A stretch of 64,000 bases of DNA from assembly GCA_964016885.1 (NCBI GenBank), contig OZ024748.1, positions 47,802,001-47,866,000 on the forward strand. The letters run 5' to 3'. Positions 11,020-30,262 of the stretch are shown here, piece by piece. This DNA is from Eledone cirrhosa (taxonomy: Eukaryota). Position 1 is the stretch's first letter; each line of letters opens with the position of its first letter. Below the pieces are notes generated by a model. The model was not told the origin of the DNA. It saw only the letters and a program-made list of their open reading frames with translations, and searched no databases. The translations under genes and the position numbers were made by a program.

Positions 11020-14000
11020 TGTTAACACCACCACATCACCTCCCACACATTACCTACTTAATGTTACCACCACCACCACCACACTACTACCACCACTTTA
11101 CCACCACCGCCACACTACCACCACCACCATATTACTACCACCACCAACACACTACTACCACCTTCTCATTACCACCACCACCGTATTACTACCACCACCA
11201 CCACCACCACACTACTACCACCTCTTTACCAGCACCACACTACTACCACCTCTTTACCACCACCACCACACTACTACCAACTCTTTACCACCACCACCAT
11301 GCTATTACCACCTCTTTACCACCACCACCACACTACTACCACCTCTTTACCACCACCACCACACTACTACCACCTCTTTACCATCACCACCACACTACTA
11401 CCACCTCTTTACCATCACCACCACCACAACCACACTACCACCACCTTCTCATTACGACCACCACCATATTACTACCACCACCACACTACTACCACCTCTT
11501 TACACCACCACCACTACACTACTACCACCTCTTTACCACCACCACCATATTACTACCACCACCACCACTACTATTTCATTATTGCCACCAACACCACCAT
11601 CGCATCTCTACACTACAAGCACCTCACCTTCACCATCTCTTCAACAATCACTAACACACCACCACCACCACCATAACCAACACATCCTCATCATCAATAC
11701 CACCTCCACCACCTCACCATTTCCAACATGTTAACCCCCCCCCCCTGTTACATGCCACTATCAACACCACCCTCTACTACCACATTCCTACCCCACCCAT
11801 CCTGTCACTCCCTCACCCTCACCACACCTGCAACATCACCACCACACCCCCATGCAATCACTCCCTCACCAACCCACACCACCACCCCACACAGTCACCC
11901 GCTCATCCCCACCCCAAACAGTAACTCCCTCACCACCACCACCACCCACCACTATCCCCCATACATCCACTCCCTCACCATACCTACCAGCACCACCACT
12001 ACACTCCTACACCCTCCCATACAGTCACCCCCTCCTCCCCACCCCAAACAGTGACTCCCTCACCACACCACCCCACAACACCACCCCTCCTCGCACCATA
12101 CAGTCACCCCTCCCCCCCCCCCCCCGTCACCACCAACTACACTCCTACCCTCCCATACAGTCACCCCTCACCACACTACCACCTCCCTACCCTCCCCATA
12201 CAATCACCCCTCACCCCCCTCCCCATACAGTCACCCCTCACCCCCTCCCCATACAGTCACCCCTCACCCCCTCCCCATACAGTCACCCCTCCCCCCCTCC
12301 CCATACAGTCACACCCCTCACCACACCACCCCCTCCCCTGTCAGTCTGTTAACATCATTCAAGCTAATTCTTTTGCTTGGATCAATCAGTCTAAGTTCAA
12401 ACTACCTTTCCTCACCACCACTCCCACCACTACCTTCCTCACCACCACCACCACACCAACCACCACCACCTCACCACCCCACCACCCACACCTCCCCACC
12501 ACCACCACTCCCACCACTACCAACCACCACCACCACCACCACACCTACCCACCAACCACCAACCACACCACCACCACACCCACCACCCAACCACCACCAC
12601 CTTCCCACCACCTACCTTCCTCACCACCACCACTCCTACCACCTACCACACCACCACCACCACCCACACCACCCCACCACACCCCACACCACCCACCTCC
12701 TCACCACCACCTCCCACCACCAACCACTCCCTCCACCACCAACCCACCACCTCCAACCACCTACCACCCCCACCACCACCACCCCACCCTACCACTACCA
12801 CACCACCTTCCTCACCACCACCACTCCCACCACCTACCTTCCTCACCACCACCACTCACCACCCACCTACCTCCCCACCCACCACCCACACCTCCCCACC
12901 ACTACCTTCACCCACCTTCCTCACCACCACCACTCCCACCACTACCTTCCTCACCACCACCACTCCTACCACTACACCTCCACCACCTCCTCACTACCAC
13001 ACCTTCCTCACCACCACCACCTCCACCACTACCTCCTCACCACCACCACCTCCTCACCACCACCTCACCACCTTCCACCACCACACCTACCACCTCCACC
13101 ACACCTTCCTCACCACCACCACTCCTACCTACCACCTCCTCACCACCACCACTCCCACCACTACCTTCCACACCACCACCACTCCCACCACTACCTCACC
13201 CACCTTCCTCACCACCACCACTCCCTACCACTACCTTCCCACCACCACCACTCCACCACTACCTTCACCACTCCTCACCACCACCACTCCTACCACCACC
13301 TTCCTCACCACCACCACTCCCTACCACTACCTTCACCACACACCACCCCACCACTCACCAACCTTCCTCACCACCACCACTCCTACCACTACCTTCCTCA
13401 CCACCACCACTCCTACCACTACCTACACCACCTTCCTCACCACCACCACTCCTACCACTACCTTCCTCACACACCACCACTCCTACCACTACCTACCTCA
13501 CCCACCAACCACACCTTCCTCACCACCACCACTTCCACCACTACCTTCCTCACCACCACCACTCCACCACTACTCACCACCTCCCACACCACTCCACCAC
13601 TACCTTCCTCACCACCACCACTCCTACCACTACCTACACCACCTTCCTCACCACCACCACTCCCACCACTACCTTCCTCACCACCACACCACTCCTACCA
13701 CTACCTTCCTCACCACCACCACTCCACCACTACCTTCACCACCTTCCTCACCACCACCACTCCACCACTACCTTCCTCACCACCACCACTCCTACCACTA
13801 CCTACACCACCTTCCTCACCACCACCACTCCCACCACTACCTTCCTCACCACCACCACTCCTACCACTACCTTCCTCACCACCACCACTCCTACCACTAC
13901 CTACACCACCTTCCTCACCACCACCACTCCACCACCTACCTTCCTCACCACCACCACTCCACCACTACCTTCCACACCACCCCACTCCACCACTCCTCCC

Positions 14001-17000
14001 ACCACCTACCACTACCTCACCACACCACTTCCTCACCACCCACCTTCCTACCACACCACCTCCTCACTCACCACCACACTCCCACCACTACCTTCCTCAC
14101 CACCACCACCCACTACCTACACCACCTTCCTCACCACCACCACTCCCACCACTACCTTCCTCACCACCACCACTCCTACCACTACCTACACCACCTTCCT
14201 CACCACCACCACTCCACACTACCTTCCTCACCACCACCACTCCTACCACTACCTTCACCACCTTCCTCACCACCACCACTCCCACCACTACCTTCCTCAC
14301 CACCACCACTCCACCACTACCTTCCACCACCTTCCACCACTCCACCACTACCTTCCTCACCACCACCACTCCTACCACTCCTACACCACCTTCCTCACCA
14401 CCACCACTCCCACCACTACCTTCCTCACCACCACCACTCCCACCACTACCTTCCTCACCACCACCACTCCTACCACTACCTCTCACCACCACCACTCCCA
14501 CCACACCTTCCTCACCACCACCACTCCTACCACTACCTCACCACACCTTCCTCACCACCACCACTCCTACCACTACCTTCCTCACCACCACCACTCCACC
14601 ACTACCTTCCTCACCACCACCACTCCTACCACTACCTACACCACCTTCCTCACCACCACCACTCCCTACCACTACCTTCCTCACCACCACCACTCCTACC
14701 ACTACCTTCACCACCTTCCTCACCACCACCACTCCCTACCACTACCTACCCTTCCTCACCACCACCACTCCCACCACTACCTTCCTCACCACCACCACTC
14801 CTACCACTACCTTCACCACCTACCACTCCACCACTCCTACCACTACCTTCCTCACCACCACCACTCCTACCACTAACCTTCCTCACCACCACCACTCCTA
14901 CCACTACCTTCCTCACCACCACCACTCCCACCACTACCTTCCTCACCACCACCACTCCTACCACTACCTTCCTCACCACCACCACTCCCACCACTACCTT
15001 CCTCACCACCACCACTCCTACCACTACCTTCCTCACCTTCCTCACACACCAACCACTCTACCTACCATCTACCTTCCCTACCACCACCACTCCCACACCA
15101 CTACCTACCTCACCACCACCACTCCTACCACTACCTTCCCTCACCACCNNNNNNNNNNNNNNNNNNNNNNNNNNNNNNNNNNNNNNNNNNNNNNNNNNNN
15201 NNNNNNNNNNNNNNNNNNNNNNNNNNNNNNNNNNNNNNNNNNNNNNNNNNNNNNNNNNNNNNNNNNNNNNNNNNNNNNNNNNNNNNNNNNNNNNNNNNNN
15301 NNNNNNNNNNNNNNNNNNNNNNNNNNNNNNNNNNNNNNNNNNNNNNNNCCTCACCACACACCCACTCCTACCACTACCTTCACCACCTTCCTCACCACCA
15401 CCACTCCTACCACTACCATCCTCACCACCACCACTCCTACCACTACCCTTCACCACCTTCCTCACCACCACCACTCCTACCACTACCTCACGACCTTCCT
15501 CACCACCACACCACTCCTACCACTACCCTTCACCACCTTCCTCACCACCACCACTCCTACCACTACCTTCCTCACCACCACCACTCCTACCACTACCCTC
15601 CACCACCCACCACCCACCACCCTACCCACTACCTCACCACCTTCCCTCACCACCACCACTCCTACCACTACCTTCACCACCTTCCTCACCACCACCACTC
15701 CCACCACTACCTCACCACCTTCCTCACCACCACCACTCCCTACCACTACCTCCTCACCACCACCACTCCTACCACTACCTTCACCACCTTCCTCACCACC
15801 ACCACTCCCCACTACCTCCCCACCACCACTCCACTACCCTTCACCACCTTCCTCACCACCACCACTCCTACCACTACCTTCACCACCTACCCTCACCACC
15901 ACCACCACCACTACCTCCCACCTTCCTCACCACCACCCTCCTACCACTACCTTCCTCACCACCACCACTCCCTACCACTACCTTCACCACCTTCCTCACC
16001 ACCACCACTCCCACCACTACCTTCCTCACCACCACCACTCCCACCACTACCTTCCACCACCTCCTCACCACCACCACTCCCACCCTCAACCTCACCACCA
16101 CCACTCCCACCACTACCTTCACCACCTTCCTCACCACCACCACTCCTACCACCTCACCCTTCCTCACCACCACCACTCCCACCACTACCTCACCACCTCC
16201 CACCACCACCTACCTCCACCACCTTCCTCACCCACCACACCCACCACAACCACACCACCACCACTCCCACCACCAACCCCCACACCACCACCCACTCCTA
16301 CCACTACCTCACCACCTTCCTCACCACCACCACCCTACCACTACCTCCTCACCACCACCACTCCCACCACTACCTTCACCACCTTCCTCACCACCACCAC
16401 TCCTACCACTACCTTCACCACCTCCTCACCACCACCACTCCTACCACTACCTTCCTCACCACCACCACTCCCACCACTACCTTCACCACCTTCCTCACCA
16501 CCACCCACCACCCACCACCTTCCCTCACCACCACCACTCCTACCACCCTTCCTCACCACCACCACACCCACCACTACCTCACCCTTCCTCACCACCACCA
16601 CTCCTACCACTACCTTCCTCACCACCACCACTCCCACCACTACCTTCACCACCTCCTCACCACCACCACTCCTACCACTACTTCCTCACCACCACCACTC
16701 CTACCACTACCTTCCTCACCACCACCACTCCTACCACTACCTTCACCACCTTCCTCACCACCACCACTCCTACCACTACCTTCCTCACCACCACCACTCC
16801 CACCACTACCTTCACCACCTTCCTCACCACCACCACTCCTACCACTACCTTCACCACCTTCCTCACCACCACCACTCCCACCACTACCTTCCCACCACCA
16901 CTCCTACCACTACCTTCCTCACCACCACCACTCCCACCACTACCTTCACCACCTTCCTCACCACCACCACTCCTACCACTACCTTCCTCACCACCACCAC

Positions 17001-18760
17001 TCCCACCACTACCTTCACCACCTTCCTCACCACCACCACTCCTACCACTACCTTCCTCACCACCACCACCCTACCACTACCTTCACCACCTTCCTCACCA
17101 CCACCACTCCTACCACTACCTTCCTCACCACCACCACTCCCACCACTACCTTCACCACCTTCCTCACCACCACCACTCCCACCACTACCTTCACCACCTT
17201 CCTCACCACCACCACTCCCACCACTACCTTCACCACCTTCCTCACCACCACCACTCCCACCACTACCTTCACCACCTTCCTCACCACCACCACTCCTACC
17301 ACTACCTTCACCACCTTCCTCACCACCACCACTCCTACCACTACCTTCACCACCTTCCTCACCACCACCACTCCTACCACTACCTTCACCACCTTCCTCA
17401 CCACCACCACTCCTACCACTACCTTCCTCACCACCACCACTCCCACCACTACCTTCACCACCTTCCTCACCACCACCACTCCTACCACTACCTTCCTCAC
17501 CACCACCACTCCTACCACTACCTTCCTCACCACCACCACTCCTACCACTACCTTCACCACCTTCCTCACCACCACCACTCCTACCACTACCTTCCTCACC
17601 ACCACCACTCCCACCACTACCTTCACCACCTTCCTCACCACCACCACTCCTACCACTACCTTCCTCACCACCACCACTCCTACCACTACCTTCACCACCT
17701 TCCTCACCACCACCACTCCTACCACTACCTTCCTCACCACCACCACTCCTACCACCACCTTCCTCACCACCACCACTCCTACCACTACCTTCACCACCTT
17801 CCTCACCACCACCACTCCTACCACTACCTTCCTCACCACCACCACTCCTACCACTACCTTCACCACCTTCCTCACCACCACCACTCCTACCACTACCTTC
17901 CTCACCACCACCACTCCTACCACTACCTTCCTCACCACCACCACTCCTACCACTACCTTCACCACCTTCCTCACCACCACCACTCCTACCACTACCTTCC
18001 TCACCACCACCACTCCCACCACTACCTTCACCACCTTCCTCACCACCACCACTCCTACCACTACCTTCCTCACCACCACCACTCCTACCACTACCTTCAC
18101 CACCTTCCTCACCACCACCACTCCTACCACTACCTTCACCACCTTCCTCACCACCACCACTCCTACCACTACCTTCACCACCTTCCTCACCACCACCACT
18201 CCTACCACTACCTTCACCACCTTCCTCACCACCACCACTCCTACCACTACCTTCCTCACCACCACCACTCCCACCACTACCTTCCTCACCACCACCACTC
18301 CCACCACTACCTTCACCACCTTCCTCACCACCACCACTCCTACCACTACCTTCCTCACCACCACCACTCCTACCACTACCTTCACCACCTTCCTCACCAC
18401 CACCACTCCTACCACTACCTTCCTCACCACCACCACTCCTACCACTACCTTCACCACCATCATCATCACTCCTACCACTACCTTCACCACCACCATTGCC
18501 GTTACCACTCACCTCACCATCACCGTTACCACTCCCCTCCCTATCATCACCACCTTCATCATCATCACCATGACTCCCCTCACTATAATCATCATCATCA
18601 CCATCACCACTATCAATACCATCACCATCATCATCATCATCTTCTTCAGAATTATCACTCCCCTCACCACCATCACCAGCACTATCATCACCATTGACAC
18701 CACCACAACAATCAACACCACCATCATCATCATCGCCATCATCACCACCATCATCATCAG
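11020..18760. repeat. CCA-rich compound satellite; homogeneous 30/39-bp units at ~17060-18480
   Basis: Units CCTTCCTCACCACCACCACTCC(T/C)ACCACTA with optional CCTTCACCA; + strand nearly G-free. Confidence 0.95.
15149..15348. other. Assembly gap (200 N)
   Basis: Run of N. Confidence 0.99.
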
Positions 18761-19227
18761 CAGTAATCAAAACATGTCTTCAGATGGAACCTAATTCCTT
18801 CCCTTCCAACCACCAGCCTCAAAAGCCATGGAAAGGTTCTGGAACACAGCCTATCCTTTCTTGGCTAAAGAGCAAAGAAAGACTATCCTTTCTTGGCTGA
18901 GTGGTCAGCAAGTAAACCAGTTCTACTCACTAGACCACCCTAGTCTAGTGAGGAGAGTAACTGAAACTCCAGAAGCACAAATAACAAAGCTGTAATAATG
19001 GCAGATGAAGTCCCGAGAGTCAACAGTCATCCAGTCCAACTATGTGTTAAACAGCTTCACCAATATGCAATTGGACAAGCTTGGTGAGCACCGCTACACC
19101 CTTAGCATGACCAAAAGCTAACAGAAAGCAGTGAAGGTCAACCTGGGAGAGTTTTCTTGGATATATATATTATAGTAATAATAAATGTAAAGGCTATAAA
19201 ATCTGAAGAGGGCTCGATAAAGGTTAT

Positions 19228-19550
19228 ATCATTTCATTTCATTTTACGTCTGGCTTTCCCTTGCTTGCAAGGGTGGGACGGGAACTGATTCTGGCTGATT
19301 TCTACAGCTGGATGCCCTTCCTAATACCAACCTCATTTACAGTGAGTGGTGGGTGCTTTTGTCCGTGGCACCTCCACAACCACTTTGCAGTGGAATGATA
19401 TGGACCCCAGTCCCTATCATCTCATTTCTACAGGTAGTAAACTGGAGCAATGTGAAATAAAGTGTCTTGCTCAAGGAAACAACACATCACCCGGCCTGAG
19501 AATTGAACTCACAACCTTTTGATTGCAAGGCCAATGCTCTAACCACTAAG

Positions 19551-19555
<5 letters not shown>
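19228..19555 (-). mobile_element. Near full-length CORE-type SINE
   Basis: Box A GGCTTAGTGG, box B GTTCAATTC, CORE-like body, tail. Confidence 0.8.
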
Positions 19556-19628
<73 letters not shown>

Positions 19629-20011
19629 TCAGTAATTAAGCAAATCAAGACCATAAATTCACATAGAAGACATTAGTCACAGGGTATCAACATTGAGTGC
19701 AGTTTAATATAGGAAGGGGATAGTAATGTCAGTTTACAATTGTTTCAGTACTCCATATAATGTTTCTGGATCAATCGATGGTAAGAAAGCTATGAAAGTT
19801 CTTGATTTGGTGCAGAGAAATATAAGTAACATAGAATAATATTATGGAGCAGATCTTCGGAACTTGGGGAAAGATAATGAGATTATTACTATATATATAT
19901 ATATTGAGGGCAGCCAGCCGGGCTAGAAGCAGCTAAATGTTCGGCTGCCTTCCTGTCTCTGCTTTTCAGCCCCATGCATTTTGTCTATTATATTCCTTTG
20001 TTATATTTCGA

Positions 20012-20069
20012 ATACTTGATGATGTCACGGGATTCATATTGAACCCGGTCACTGAAATGATCATAGTAT
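20012..20069 (+). ncRNA. Type I hammerhead ribozyme candidate (U3 variant)
   Basis: ATAC-TTGATGA-..CGGGATTC ATATT GAACCCG..-GAAA-TGATCA-TA^GTAT. Confidence 0.6.
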
Positions 20070-20139
20070 ACTAAACCTTTTAAGGAATTGCACCAATCCA
20101 GTCTCCTGTTATTTTATAATATATATATATATTGTATAT

Positions 20140-20226
<87 letters not shown>

Positions 20227-20228
<2 letters not shown>

Positions 20229-20833
20229 TGGCTGCCAACTCGTTTTCGAGTACGGCCACTACTTTATATCCATGTAGGAGAACCCCTACCGATGCGCTGA
20301 ACAAGTGTGACTTTTTAGTCCAGCCAGCGACTTGAAAACTCTGGTACAAACACTACACTTGTGACAATTATTGACACATAGTGCTGAGCCCATGGTACCA
20401 TGTGATGACAAGTGCAGCGAGATCTCCAGATATAAAGCAATGCCTGTGCACTGAAGCTTTTATAGTGAGCAAAGGCACTGCACAAAGCCAGTCCCAGTCT
20501 CTTAACCAAGATGATATTTATCAAAAAGAAGAACAAGCCAACATCATTGGATACCATCATGGTTGCAGGTGTTATATCAGAGTTTTCCTTCTCCTAGAAT
20601 TCTGCCTTGACAAAGGCTAAGGGGTCATCTCTCCCTGTGATTTTGGATGGCCATTGACTCTTAAGAGCACCTTTGCCCTTTGACAGGTTTTGTTTTTAGT
20701 CCTGCAGGATGTCCAAAGTAACCCTCCTCACCAAGAAACCTTGGTGGGGTTGCCAGTTTAGTCGCCAACGACCCGACCATGGGACAGGTTGTACTGGGAT
20801 ACATGTTACCAGTAACACCAACTGGTGACCTGA

Positions 20834-20835
<2 letters not shown>
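20227..20835 (-). mobile_element. ~610-bp non-autonomous repeat in (TA)n, probably RTE-related
   Basis: Reverse-complement copy at 30263-30870, partial copies at 55556-55971 and 31228-31319; contains CTAGGAGAAGGAAAACTCTGA, which I recall from RTE 5'UTRs. Confidence 0.65.
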
Positions 20836-20889
<54 letters not shown>

Positions 20890-21099
20890 ACACACACATT
20901 AGTTGATAATTACATTTTATTGATAATCCATATTTTAAACTTTTTATACACTGATTTTGAAAACAAATAGAAACTATATGCAGAAATGCTTATATATATA
21001 TACATATATTGTGTATATAAAACACATACACATGTATATATATATGGTATAAAATTTTACTTAAAATTGGCAACAGGCCATACACAGAAAATCACAAGG

Positions 21100-21754
21100 A
21101 TCTACACACAGACACACACATATGTACATGCATACAAACACACACACATATATATACAAATACACAAGAACACACACACACATATACATATATAAACACA
21201 CACACACACATATATATACATAGACACACGAACACACACACATATACATATATAAACACACACATATATACATATACAAACACACACATATCTACATGCG
21301 CACACACATATATACACACGAACACACACACACATACATATATAAACACACATATATACATATACAAACACACACACATATATACATGCGCACACACATA
21401 TATATATACACACGAACACACACACACATATACATATATAAACATACACATATATACATATACAAACACACACACACATATATACATGCACACACATATA
21501 TACTTACGCACACACATATATATATATACATGTGGACACACACACATATGCAAGCACACACACATATCCAAGCACACACATACATATACAAACACACATA
21601 TATACAAGCACACACACACACATATATACAAGCACACACACTGATACATGAGCACATACATATATGAACACACCCATATACAAACATGCACAAACATATA
21701 CATGCATATACACACATACATATATACATGCAAAAACACACATACATATATACA

Positions 21755-21850
<96 letters not shown>
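21100..21850. repeat. (CA)n/(TA)n compound microsatellite
   Basis: Direct inspection. Confidence 0.9.
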
Positions 21851-22011
21851 CCGAGCCACAATTACATACAAAGAGAGGAACATAGAAGCTAAAGCTGCTT
21901 CTATCCAAACCAGGTTGATTACAAAATAAATCTGTCAGGAAATAAAAAATATAATTAATTCTCGAAATGTAAACAAAGTTGTTGGCCCAATTCCTTATGG
22001 ATTTGTGTGTA

Positions 22012-22056
<45 letters not shown>

Positions 22057-22062
22057 TTGTGT

Positions 22063-22096
<34 letters not shown>

Positions 22097-22384
22097 GGTG
22101 TGTACGTGTGTGTGTTTGGATGATATATGTAAGACTATATTTATCTATGTATAGAAATAGAGGTGTATGTGTTGGGATGATATATATATAAATATGTGTC
22201 TATGTATAGAATAGGAATTATGTGTGTGTGTGTGTTGGGATGATGTATATATATATATATATATAATGTCTATATGTGTCTATGTATAGAATAAGAGCTG
22301 TGTGTGTGATCAGATGATGTATATATATGTGTGTCTATGTAGAGAATAGGTGTTATGTGTGTGTGTGTGTTTTGGGATGATGTA

Positions 22385-22470
<86 letters not shown>

Positions 22471-22589
22471 TACATCATCCCAAAACACATTACGTTAATT
22501 ATTTTCCATTTTGACGTTATAGTCACTTTATGAAATACTGTTGGCTTCTTGCTCACATTAATTTCTATATTTTCATTTATATATATATA

Positions 22590-23052
22590 TATATATATGA
22601 ATGTATATATAGTGTATTTTGCAATACACTTTATGCTTAATTAAAAGCATTTCGAAGACCTTATGCTATTGTTTTAGAGTAGTGACAGACTCACTTACTT
22701 TAATTTCAGCAAACAGGGGGAGATAAAGCTGACAAGGCCTTGTTTCGCATTTATTGATGCTTATCAAAGCCAACTACTCCTCCTGTCTGCTGAAATCATG
22801 GATGTTTGGTTCTTATAGAATTCTAGTAAATAATCAGGAACTGATTATACAGAGCGGTTGCCGATCAAGCAGAAATTGAAAATTAGAATTGGTGCTCTGA
22901 AATAGCTATATATATATATGAATGTATATATAGTGTATTTTGCAATACACTCTATGCTTACTTAAAAGCATTTCGAAGACCTTATGCTATTGTTTTAGAG
23001 TAGTAACAGACTCACTTACTTTAATTTCAGCAAACAGGGGGAGATAAAGCTG
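22590..23052 (-). mobile_element. Partially tandem PLE-like element (140-bp direct duplication 22590-22731 / 22912-23052)
   Basis: Near-identical duplicates; the first extends into a hammerhead and a short inverted arm (CTCCTCCTGTCTGCTGAAAT). Confidence 0.7.
22727..22771 (-). ncRNA. Type I hammerhead ribozyme, U3-A8 core variant
   Basis: GGCT-TTGATAA-GCAT CAATAA ATGC-GAAA-CAAGGCCTTG-TC^AGCT; self-complementary stem III. Confidence 0.75.
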
Positions 23053-23279
23053 TTCCTGTATATATATATATATATTAGGTATAGGATTATCCTAGATGTA
23101 GTAATGGTTAATTACTACACTAGATATGGTTGACGTATGGTGAGAGGTTACTCAACGAGTTATGGAAGAATTGTTGAAGAAACTTAGTTCCTGATCCTTC
23201 TGTATTCCGGAGTGTAGATAAAGAATGAATAATAATAATAATATATATATATATATATGTGTGTGTGTGTATATATATA

Positions 23280-23324
<45 letters not shown>

Positions 23325-23330
<6 letters not shown>

Positions 23331-23487
23331 GTGGTTGGTGTTAGGAAGGGCATCCAGCTGTAGAAAACCCGCCAGACTGTCCTATGCGAGCAAGACAACC
23401 ACTCTTGCCTCAAGTGGGAAAACTCCCGTCCAAACCCATGCAAGCGTGGAACATGGACGTTAAACGATGATGATGATGATGATGATG

Positions 23488-23490
<3 letters not shown>
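23325..23490 (+). mobile_element. SINE 3' part with (GAT)n tail
   Basis: GGTGTTAGGAAGGGCATCCAGCTGTAGAAA..CCATGCAAGCGTGGAA; similar pieces at 28220, 44965, 52068 and 59690. Confidence 0.7.
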
Positions 23491-25755
<2,265 letters not shown>

Positions 25756-26157
25756 TCATATACATGTAGCGATAGAGGCACTTACATAAATATACATATT
25801 CACACACACATACATACATATATATACTTACATATACATGTAGCGACAGAGGCACTTACATAAACATACCTGTTCACACACACACATACAATAAAACACA
25901 CATACATATATACAAGTCTACACCAATATATATCCACCGCTCTCTTTCCATACCTCTTGCTACAAAAATATGTCAGACTTTCTCTAACACAGCAATATTG
26001 CATTCCATTTGTTTTAACAACAAAATGTTAGTCACTCCGGAAATATAATTTTAATCAAAGTATTGATTAATTAATTGTTTGAAAAGTCTTCTTTGCTCTC
26101 ATTATATACATATATTTTTACTTTTGTATGATTAGCTCTCATTATATACATATATTA

Positions 26158-26660
26158 GGGCGGTGGATTGGCAGTATCGGTAGAGGGTCGGACGCCATGC
26201 TTTCCAGCATAGTTACGTCCCTTTACGATCTGAGTTCAAATCCCGCCGAGGTTGACTTTGCCTTTCATCCTTACGGGGTCGATAAAATAAAGTACCAGTA
26301 ATGCACTGGGTAATTGCTGGCCTTGTTCCTAAAGTAGAAACAATTATATACATATATTTCATCCTTACGGGGTCGATAAAATAAAGTACCAGTAATGCAC
26401 TGAGTAATTGCTGGCCTTGTGCCTAAAGTAGAAACAATTATATACATATATTTTAATCATATATAAGATGGTGGATTGTCAGTATTGGGAGAGAGGGTCG
26501 GACACCATGCTTTGATGCAAAGAGTTACGGCCCTTTCCATTCTGAGTTCAAATCCCGCCGAGGTTAACTTTGCCTTTCATCCTTACGGGGTCGATAAAAT
26601 AAAGAACCAGTAATGCACTGGGTAATTGCTGGCCTTGTGCCTAACGTAGAAACAATTATA
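26158..26660 (+). mobile_element. Three family M SINE copies in tandem (26158-26345, 26357-26440 partial, 26468-26660)
   Basis: Each is followed by TTATATACATATATTT. Confidence 0.8.
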
Positions 26661-26694
26661 TACATATATTTTTACTTTCGTATCATAGCTCTCA

Positions 26695-27100
26695 TTCATC
26701 ATCATCATCATCATCACCGTTTTACGTCCGTTCTTCCACGCTAGCATGGGTTGGACGGGTTGTCCTGTTGTGGACAGTGTCCGGTCATCTGACCTTGTCT
26801 TGCTCATATAGGGGAACTGATTCTGGCTTGATTTCTACAGCTGGATGCCCTTCCTAACACCAACCTGATTTACAGTGAGTGCTGGGTGCTTTTTTGGCGT
26901 GGCACCTCCACAACCACTTTACAGTGGAATGATAGGGACCCCTGTCCCTATCATCTCATTTCTACAGCTGAGTAAACTGGAGCAAGGTGAAATAAAGTGT
27001 CTTGCTCAAGGAAACAACACATCACCTGGTCCGAGAATTGAACTCACAACCCTTTTGATTGCAAGCCCAATGCTCTAACCACTAAGCCATGCGCCACCAT
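26695..27100 (-). mobile_element. Full-length CORE-type SINE
   Basis: tRNA-like head, CORE-like body, (GAT)n tail. Confidence 0.8.
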
Positions 27101-27343
27101 ATATATACATATATTTTTACTTTCATATTGTAGCTCTGTATGTTATGTAGAGAATTAGACATTATTTTGTGTATATTTTAAATATTTGGTAGACTATATT
27201 ATAAAATATATATACCTGGGTATATGTATATATATAGAGTCTGCACTGCTGAGACTGGAGAGATCACAGATCAAGGGAGTGCTCAATGCAGAGTGGGTAT
27301 AGAGATAGGTCAAATCCCGACTACACCACCAATACTTTGTCTA

Positions 27344-27396
<53 letters not shown>

Positions 27397-27602
27397 CGTT
27401 TCTGAATTTGTTTAGCAAGATTCTTTATCTGAAAACGTGTGTTGAAACCGATATTGTTATACTTTGGGAGGGTCATGTTGCCAATAAGAAACACACGCAC
27501 CAGTAGTTTTCACTTCAATTTATTATAAATTAAATTTATAAATTTCCGGTTGGCGTAGGACAGAACAAAGGAGAGGCACAAAAACAAAGAAAAGAATCCC
27601 CA

Positions 27603-27645
27603 GTCACTGAAGAGGTCACAGAATGTGTGACAAAAGAACTTTGAC
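27603..27645 (+). ncRNA. Degenerate hammerhead ribozyme
   Basis: GTCA-CTGAAGA-GGTCACA GAATG TGTGAC-AAAA-GAAC-TT^TGAC; GAAA mutated to AAAA. Confidence 0.5.
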
Positions 27646-27697
27646 AATATATGAACACTCGTCTGTATAACTATAGGACTGCGAAGTGTCAGCTAAG

Positions 27698-29686
<1,989 letters not shown>

Positions 29687-30262
29687 CTGGTGAACCAGAC
29701 ATGATATTCTAATTTTCTTCAAAGGTAAACTATAGTTAATATCTGTATTATAGCTATGACTGTTTGATATATACCCGTGTGTGTCTATAAATATATATAT
29801 ATATATACACACGTGTATAATTATATGTACTTATGTAGGCATGTATATATGGTATCAATATGTACACATTATATATACATTAATTGTACAATTATAAGCT
29901 GTATAGAGAGTTAAATAATTGCTAGAAGGTTATAATAACTGTAGGACTGCGAAGTGTCAGCTAAGAAATTGAGACAGGTGGTGGTGGTGGTGGTGATTAG
30001 GAAGATGGTGGTGGTGGTGGTGGTGGTGGTGGTGGTGATTAGGAATCTGCTGATGGTGGTGATGGTGGCAATGGTGATGGTGACGTTTAAGTTGTCTGTG
30101 AAATGTGTTTGGAGTGGCAATTTATAAATTAGATAAAATTTAATAAATTGTCAGTTACTACATTAAACACTGTTGTAAAGCTGTCAATATTCTGGTATTG
30201 CAAAGGGTGTGTGTGCATGTATGTATGTATGTATGTATGTATGTATGTATATATATATATTA

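Noticed and set aside
12051-18770. Long Pro/Thr/His-rich and Gly/Glu/Val-rich ORFs (up to 2066 aa)
   Set aside because: Produced by a nearly G-free CCA satellite that rarely forms stops; open in several frames, spans an N gap, no unique domain.
20381-20620. 79-aa ORF conserved in three places
   Set aside because: Conservation reflects copies of one repeat; non-ATG start and no known motif.
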